Assembly: GCF_000020025.1 (NCBI RefSeq)
Contig: NC_010628.1
Span: 6,000,001 to 6,032,000 of the forward strand
DNA: 32,000 nucleotides
Reading direction: 5' to 3'
DNA from: Nostoc punctiforme PCC 73102
GTDB lineage: Bacteria; Cyanobacteriota; Cyanobacteriia; Cyanobacteriales; Nostocaceae
The first letter of the stretch is position 1. Every line of letters starts with the position of its first letter. A program made the position numbers and the translations under genes. Below, piece after piece: positions 26,252 to 32,000 of this stretch. Below the pieces are notes generated by a model that ran no database searches, was not told the DNA's origin, and was given only the letters and a program-made list of their open reading frames with translations.

Positions 26252-27970
26252 ATGGTAGCGATCGCAGAGAACGTTCAACATCGGCTAACTATACAAACTG
26301 TAGAAATTGCCCCTAACACAACGGCGATTCGCTCTCTTGATTGGGACCGCGATCGCTTCGATATCGAATTCGGACTGCAAAACGGCACAACCTACAATTC
26401 ATATTTAATTAGGGGCGAACAAACAGTTTTGATTGATACTTCTCACCAGAAGTTTCGCGATCTGTATTTAGAGACTCTAAAAGGTCTTGTTAACCCCAAA
26501 ACAATTGATTACATAATTGTCAGTCACACAGAGCCAGACCATAGCGGCTTAGTAGAAGATGTCCTGCAATTAGCTCCTAGAGCCACCGTCTTAGCCTCAA
26601 AAGTTGCGCTACAGTTTTTGGAAGGCTTAGTACACGATCCATTTTCTAAGCGGGTTGTCAAAACTGGCGATCGCATAGATATCGGCAAAGGACATGAAAT
26701 GGAATTCGTGAGTGCGCCTAACCTGCACTGGCCGGATACAATCTTTAGCTTTGACCGCAAAACCCAAATTCTCTACACCTGTGATGCTTTTGGGATGCAC
26801 TTTTGTGACGATCGCACCTTTGACGAAGATTTAGAAGCGATCGAAGCTGACTTTAGATTTTACTACGACTGCTTGATGGGTCCTAATGCTCGTTCCCTGC
26901 TGAATGCCATGAAGCGGATGGGCGATCTAGGAAAGATTAATATAATAGCCAATGGTCACGGTCCTTTATTATACCACCATCTAGATGTTCTAACTGGGTG
27001 CTACGAAAATTGGAGCCAGAGACAAGCTAAAGCAGAAACCACAGTAGGCTTGTTTTTTGTCTCAGATTACGGTTATGGCGAGCGCCTTGGTCACGCAATT
27101 GCCGAAGGTATCCTGAAAACTGGGGTTGGAGTAGAAGTACTAGATTTAAGTACTGCTGAGAGCCAAGAAATTCAAGAACTAGCTGGTAGAGCAGCTGGCA
27201 TCATTATTGGTATGCCCCCAAGTACCGCTGCCGCCGCCCAAGCTAGTATCAGCTCAGTGCTAGCTGTCGCCAAAAACAAGCAATTTGTTGGGCTATTTGA
27301 ATGTTACGGTGGGGATGATGAACCCATTGATACACTCCGCAGAAAATTTATCGATTCTGGCATCAAAGAAGCCTTCCCAGCCATTCGAATTAGAGAGGCT
27401 CCCACCGCATCAACATTCCAGTTGTGTGAAGAAGCAGGTAAAGACTTGGGACAATTGCTGGTGCGCGATCGCAACATCAAGCAAATCAAGTCTCTTGATG
27501 TCAACATGGAAAAAGCGCTGGGTCGCATTAGTAGTGGACTGTATATAGTCACCACTAAAAAAGATAATGCCTCAAGTGCAATGCTGGCATCCTGGGTAAC
27601 GCAAGCGAGTTTGCAACCATTAGGATTAACAATTGCCGTTGCGAAAGACCGCGCCATTGATTCCTTAATGCAAGTAGGCGATCGCTTCGTCCTCAACGTT
27701 TTGGAAGAAGGCAATTATCAAGAATTGAAAAAGCATTTTCTCAAGCGTTTGCATCCAGGTGCTGACCGCTTTGCAGGAGTGAAAACTCAAACCGCGAAAA
27801 ACGGTTCTCCGATTCTAACTGATGCTTTGGCATACATGGAATGTGAAATACAGAGCAGCATGGAATGCAGCGACCACTGGATTTTATACTGCACAGTCCA
27901 AGAAGGTCGTGTCTCTAAAAACGATGGATTGACAGCCGTTCGCCATCGCAAAGTAGGTAATTACTACTAA
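26252..27970 (+). CDS. flv3: Flavodiiron protein, Flv3-type (canonical diiron ligands; class C FDP with C-terminal flavin reductase domain)
   Basis: 572 aa. The metallo-beta-lactamase-like domain has the canonical ligands HTEPDH, NLHWPD, CDAFGMH and NGHGP. A flavodoxin-like domain follows. The C-terminal flavin-reductase-like domain reads LYIVTTKK...ASWVTQASLQPLGLTIAVAKDR. SD GGAGA lies 7 nt upstream. Confidence 0.9.
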   Translation: MVAIAENVQHRLTIQTVEIAPNTTAIRSLDWDRDRFDIEFGLQNGTTYNSYLIRGEQTVLIDTSHQKFRDLYLETLKGLVNPKTIDYIIVSHTEPDHSGLVEDVLQLAPRATVLASKVALQFLEGLVHDPFSKRVVKTGDRIDIGKGHEMEFVSAPNLHWPDTIFSFDRKTQILYTCDAFGMHFCDDRTFDEDLEAIEADFRFYYDCLMGPNARSLLNAMKRMGDLGKINIIANGHGPLLYHHLDVLTGCYENWSQRQAKAETTVGLFFVSDYGYGERLGHAIAEGILKTGVGVEVLDLSTAESQEIQELAGRAAGIIIGMPPSTAAAAQASISSVLAVAKNKQFVGLFECYGGDDEPIDTLRRKFIDSGIKEAFPAIRIREAPTASTFQLCEEAGKDLGQLLVRDRNIKQIKSLDVNMEKALGRISSGLYIVTTKKDNASSAMLASWVTQASLQPLGLTIAVAKDRAIDSLMQVGDRFVLNVLEEGNYQELKKHFLKRLHPGADRFAGVKTQTAKNGSPILTDALAYMECEIQSSMECSDHWILYCTVQEGRVSKNDGLTAVRHRKVGNYY

Positions 27971-28072
27971 GAAATAGGGAAGAGGTAATAGGTGACAGGG
28001 GACAGAAAAGAAAACTATCCCCTGTTTCCTATGATCCATACCCTATTTCCTGTTCCCTATTCCTTATTCCCC
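27971..28072. repeat. Inverted heptamer arrays and nested hairpins in the flv3-flv1 spacer
   Basis: GAAATAGGG (27971-27979) pairs with CCCTATTTC (28041-28049). ACAGGGGA (27995-28002) pairs with TCCCCTGT (28018-28025). The right side is a 7-mer array, CCCTATT TCCTGTT CCCTATT CCTTATT CCCC (28041-28072), and the left side reads as its approximate complement. Confidence 0.7.
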
Positions 28073-28089
28073 AACTTTAACCAACAGCT

Positions 28090-29802
28090 ATGACCAATTC
28101 CAAGCCACGCGACGTACAAGTTCTACCAATTGCTACAAATACTAAGGCGATCAGAGCACGTAGTTGGTCACGTCTGCGGTTTGAAATTGAATATGCACTT
28201 GAAAGAGGTACTACCTCCAATTGCTATTTAATTGAAGCTGATAAAACCGCACTTATCGATCCACCGCCAGAAAGCTTTACCGAAATTTATTTAGAGGCAT
28301 TGCGGCAGACTTTAGATTTACAAAGTTTGGATTATATAATCCTGGGTCATTTTAGTCCCAATCGAGTTGCAACCCTCAAAGCAATTTTAGAACTGGCACC
28401 ACAGGTAACTTTTGTCTGTTCTCTTCCCGGTGCGAACAATTTGCGTGCTGCTTTCCTAGAGCAAGATTTGAAAGTCTTGGTAATGCGGGGGAAAGAAACT
28501 CTGGATTTAGGCAAAGGTCATGTTTTGAAATTCCTGCCCACTCCCAGTCCGCGTTGGCCAGAAGGACTTTGTACCTACGATCGGCAAACCCAAATTCTCT
28601 ACACAGATAAGTTATTTGCAACTCATCTCTGTGGTGATGAAGTGTTTGATGATAATTGGGAAGCGCTTAAAGAAGACCAGCGTTACTACTTTAACTGCCT
28701 GATGGCTCCCCAAACTCCTCATGTGCAAGCAGCTTTGGAGAAAATATCAGATTTGCAGGTGAGAATGTATGCTGTAGGTCATGGACCTTTAGTACGCACC
28801 AGCTTAATCGAACTCACCAAAGCTTATGGAGAGTGGAGCCGTTCTCATAACGATCGCGAGATTTCCGTTGCCCTACTTTACGCTTCAGCTTACGGCAATA
28901 CGGCGACTTTAGCACAAGCGATCGCTCTGGGATTAACTAAAGGTGGAGTTGCAGTCAAATCAATTAACTGCGAATTTGCCACCCCTGATGAAATTCGCAT
29001 CAACTTAGCACAGTCAGAAGGTTTTATCATCGGTTCTCCTACCATCGGTGGTCATGCGCCGACTCCCATTCATACTGCTTTAGGGATTGTGATCTCAAGC
29101 GGTGACAACAGCAAACTCGCTGGAGTCTTTGGTTCTTATGGCTGGAGTGGCGAAGCTTTTGACTTAATAGAAGGTAAACTCCGGGATTCTGGATACCGTT
29201 TTGGCTTTGACACATTGAAGGTCAAGTTTAAACCTGATGATGTCACTCTCAAGTTCTGTGAAGAACTAGGTACAGACTTTGCCCAAGCACTGAAAAAAGC
29301 TAAAAAGGTACGTGTACCACAACAAGCCGCTACTCCAGTAGAACAGGCTGTTGGTCGCATTGTTGGTTCTGTATGCGTGGTGACAGCGAAACAAGGAGAA
29401 GTGTCTACCGCAATGTTAGGCGCTTGGGTTTCTCAAGCTACCTTTAACCCACCGGGAATAACCGTGGCGATCGCCAAAGAGCGAGCGATCGAATCTTTGA
29501 TGTATCCAGGCGGTAAATTTGCCTTAAATATTCTACCTGAAGGCAATCATCAAGACTACATGAAGCATTTCCGTAAATCTTTCGCGCCCGGGGAAGATCG
29601 ATTTGCTAACTTTAGTACAGCAGTTGCGGATAACGGCTGTACCGTTCTTACTGATGCATTGGCATATTTAGAATGCTCAGTCAATCAACGTCTGGAATGC
29701 GGCGATCATTGGGTTGTATATGCAACTGTGGACGAAGGTAAATTACTCAAACCTGATGCTGTTACTGCCATCAACCATCGCAAAACTGGCACTCATTATT
29801 AG
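28090..29802 (+). CDS. flv1: Flavodiiron protein, Flv1-type (non-canonical diiron site)
   Basis: 570 aa with the same three-domain architecture as the upstream gene. The ligand positions are substituted: HFSPNR instead of HxExDH, SPRWPE instead of LHWPD, and TDKLFATH instead of CDAFGMH. GHGP is retained. This is the known signature of the Flv1/Flv2 (cluster A) lineage. Confidence 0.9.
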   Translation: MTNSKPRDVQVLPIATNTKAIRARSWSRLRFEIEYALERGTTSNCYLIEADKTALIDPPPESFTEIYLEALRQTLDLQSLDYIILGHFSPNRVATLKAILELAPQVTFVCSLPGANNLRAAFLEQDLKVLVMRGKETLDLGKGHVLKFLPTPSPRWPEGLCTYDRQTQILYTDKLFATHLCGDEVFDDNWEALKEDQRYYFNCLMAPQTPHVQAALEKISDLQVRMYAVGHGPLVRTSLIELTKAYGEWSRSHNDREISVALLYASAYGNTATLAQAIALGLTKGGVAVKSINCEFATPDEIRINLAQSEGFIIGSPTIGGHAPTPIHTALGIVISSGDNSKLAGVFGSYGWSGEAFDLIEGKLRDSGYRFGFDTLKVKFKPDDVTLKFCEELGTDFAQALKKAKKVRVPQQAATPVEQAVGRIVGSVCVVTAKQGEVSTAMLGAWVSQATFNPPGITVAIAKERAIESLMYPGGKFALNILPEGNHQDYMKHFRKSFAPGEDRFANFSTAVADNGCTVLTDALAYLECSVNQRLECGDHWVVYATVDEGKLLKPDAVTAINHRKTGTHY

Positions 29803-29884
29803 ATAGTAAGAAATCTAACTTGATGAAATCGCCTTAGCTCGAATATAGCCAAGGCATTTTATGACAAAAATTCTCTTTTTTTGT

Positions 29885-29915
29885 GGGATGGGCATCTTGC
29901 TCATCCCAGTTTTTT
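29885..29915 (+). terminator. Rho-independent terminator after flv1
   Basis: GGGATGGGCA-tct-TGCTCATCCC forms a 10-bp stem with one mismatch, followed by AGTTTTTT. It lies ~80 nt after the stop. Confidence 0.6.
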
Positions 29916-30461
29916 GTCGAGATGTAGAGTCCGCCCAAGTAATACCAATTCAAAATTCAAAATTAAGAAAGCCTGATTTAATCTGGGTTTCCTTGTTTTG
30001 TATCTGTCACATTCTTTTTTAAAATTGGTATAAATTTTAGTTATCTGCCTCAAGATAGATGTTCGGGGTTTTTAAGTTTTAGATTATACACAAGATACTT
30101 TTGTATTACAAAACCATATATTGTTTTAAAGGGACTCCGACAATACTCTAATGATTTCTGAAATGAAGAACCACTGGCTACGAAAGATCGCTCAGTGCAG
30201 CTGACAAAACCCGTGTTGTTGACGTATTAACTAGCTTACGTCCAACAGTAAGAGCATCGAATCAAAGGTTGTTTCTGTCAGGCGGCGATATTGTCCATTC
30301 CCTGCGAATGGAAGGGGTAGTGTTGGAATTGGACGATGTGGTAGTACTTTTGGGCTTATGTCGTCTAATGGCGATCGGATTTCGCAGCGACGAAATTCGG
30401 CGGGTGGTAACGGTGGGATAAGAACAATTCAAAATCCATAATTTCAGAGGAATCAACAACA

Positions 30462-32000
30462 ATGGCACCTAATCCAGCAGTTTTTAACCTCTCTGACCTC
30501 GACGGGAACAATGGTTTTGCGATCGCAGGCTCTAACTTAATCATCTCGCCTAGGTCAAACTTTAGCAGTGACGGAGACATCAACAGCGACGGTATCGACG
30601 ACCTGATAATTGGTGGTGCTGACGAAAGCTACGTAGTGTTTGGCAACAGCAATGGCTTTGAAGCTAGCTTCAAACTCTCCGACCTCAACGGCAGCAACGG
30701 CTTCGTGATTAGCAGTGGCTATTTAGGCTACTCCGTCAGCATTCCCGGAGACATCAATGGTGATGGCATCGACGACCTAATTATCGGGGCACCAGGTGCC
30801 TCTCCCAACGGCAAGATTAATGCTGGGAAAAGCTACGTGGTCTTTGGCAACAGCAATGGCTTTGGAGCCAGCCTCAATCTCTCTTCTCTGGACGGCAGCA
30901 ACGGCTTCGTAATCAACGGCATTGATCGGCTTAACTACTCAGACTCCCTTGTAAGCAGTGCCGGAGACATCAATGGTGATGGCTTAGACGACCTAATTAT
31001 CGGGGTAGCTGGTGCCTCTCCCAACGGCAAGTTTTCTGCTGGGAAAAGCTACGTGGTCTTTGGGAGTGACAGAGGCTTGGAAGCTAGCCTTAATCTCTCC
31101 GACCTCAACGGCAGCAACGGCTTCGTGATTAACGGCATTGATGAGGGTGACGGCTCCGGCTCCCCCGTTAGCAGTGCCGGGGACTTCAACGGTGACGGCT
31201 TCAACGACCTAATTATCGCGGCATCTGGTGCCGACCCCAACGGCAAGTTTTCTGCTGGGGAGAGCTACGTGGTCTTTGGCAGCGGCAGCGGCTTTGGAGC
31301 TAGCTTCAATCTCTCCGACCTCAACGGCAGCAACGGCTTCGTGATTAACGGCATTGATGAGCGTAACTACTCAGGAAACTCCGTCAGCAGTGTAGGAGAC
31401 TTCAACGGTGACGGCTTCGACGACCTGATTATCGGGGCAAGTAGTGCCGGCAAATTCGGTGCTGGGCAGAGCTACGTCGTGTTTGGGAGTGACAGAGGTT
31501 TGGGAGCTAGCCTTAATCTCTCCGACCTCAATGGCAGCAACGGCTTCGTGATTAACGGCATTGATGAGGGTGACAACTCAGGCATATCTGTTAGCAATGC
31601 GGGGGACTTCAACGGTGACGGCTTCGACGACCTAATTATCGGGGCACAACTTGCCTCCCCCAACGGCAAATTCGCTGCTGGGGAAAGCTACGTGGTGTTT
31701 GGCAGCAGCAGCGGCTTTGGAGCTAGCTTCAATCTCTCCGACCTCAACGGCAGCAACGGCTTCGCGATCAACGGCATTGATGTAAATGATCGTTCAGGCT
31801 ACTCCGTCAGCGGTGTAGGGGATATCAACGGCGATGGCTTTGACGACCTGAGTCTCGGGGCAACTTTTTACTCACGCGTCCAAACCTCTAGGGAGAGATA
31901 CATCATTTTTGGCTTTGCTACTACTACAGCTCCTAATCAACCTCCAGTCGCAGTTACCGACACTGCGACCACGAACGAAGACACTGCCGTTAACATTTCA
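30462..32000 (+). CDS. Large FG-GAP repeat (integrin-alpha-like seven-blade beta-propeller) protein followed by a VCBS/cadherin-like region; partial, continuing beyond the window end
   Basis: My own translation from ATG 30462 (SD AGAGG at 30446-30450; upstream in-frame stop at 30408-30410) gives 513 codons with no stop. It reads MAPNPAVFNLSDLDGNNGFAIAG... and has seven units of ...SYVVFG...LNLSDLNGSNGFVINGI...GD(I/F)NGDG(F/I/L)(D/N)DLIIG.... After the seventh unit it reads APNQPPVAVTDTATTNEDTAVNIS. It is absent from the ORF track because there is no stop in the window. Confidence 0.88.
   Translation, partial: MAPNPAVFNLSDLDGNNGFAIAGSNLIISPRSNFSSDGDINSDGIDDLIIGGADESYVVFGNSNGFEASFKLSDLNGSNGFVISSGYLGYSVSIPGDINGDGIDDLIIGAPGASPNGKINAGKSYVVFGNSNGFGASLNLSSLDGSNGFVINGIDRLNYSDSLVSSAGDINGDGLDDLIIGVAGASPNGKFSAGKSYVVFGSDRGLEASLNLSDLNGSNGFVINGIDEGDGSGSPVSSAGDFNGDGFNDLIIAASGADPNGKFSAGESYVVFGSGSGFGASFNLSDLNGSNGFVINGIDERNYSGNSVSSVGDFNGDGFDDLIIGASSAGKFGAGQSYVVFGSDRGLGASLNLSDLNGSNGFVINGIDEGDNSGISVSNAGDFNGDGFDDLIIGAQLASPNGKFAAGESYVVFGSSSGFGASFNLSDLNGSNGFAINGIDVNDRSGYSVSGVGDINGDGFDDLSLGATFYSRVQTSRERYIIFGFATTTAPNQPPVAVTDTATTNEDTAVNIS

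Noticed and set aside
30262-31669. Minus-strand ORFs 30262-30468, 30365-30583, 31049-31246 and 31472-31669
   Set aside because: These are antisense shadows of the plus-strand FG-GAP gene or its upstream spacer. The two near-identical P/S/L-rich translations merely mirror the 423-bp repeat periodicity of the real gene.

Overview
The window looks like a Nostocales-type (Nostoc/Anabaena-like) cyanobacterial chromosome segment. Supporting signs are frequent HIP1 palindromes (GCGATCGC), tandem heptamer arrays in intergenic spacers, an xisI remnant, a one-piece tmRNA with tag ANNIVNFARKDALVAA, and the cyanobacterial split atp operon layout. From left to right: (1) the 5' end of apcE on the minus strand, open at the window edge and absent from the ORF track. 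(2) A ~13 kb Wzx/Wzy-type exopolysaccharide locus. It holds a secreted protein and a Tat-signal hydrolase-like protein on the plus strand, a minus-strand operon (wzc-like BY-kinase, wzx, GT2, wzy/EpsG-like, GT2, GT2), an 893 bp AT-rich divergent spacer, then a WbaP-like initiating phosphoglycosyl transferase and galE. (3) A ComB-family phosphatase, an xisI pseudogene and a SAM methyltransferase. (4) The ATP synthase operon (subunits I, a, c, b', b, delta, alpha, gamma; beta and epsilon are elsewhere, as expected). (5) ssrA (tmRNA), followed by a decayed IS630-type transposase remnant and ~1 kb of AT-rich non-coding DNA. (6) An adjacent flavodiiron pair, Flv3-type then Flv1-type. (7) The 5' part of a large FG-GAP (seven-blade) / VCBS-like surface protein gene, open at the window end and absent from the ORF track. 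I found no convincing novel defence or mobile system. The most notable points are: a 7.9 kb HIP1-free, AT-rich glycan cassette inside the EPS locus; a GT2 with a tandem duplication of its catalytic ED motif; inverted heptamer arrays in three intra-operon spacers; decayed mobile DNA beside ssrA; and a repeat-driven FG-GAP gene preceded by a possibly frameshifted small ORF. All coordinates and counts were derived by eye from the sequence.
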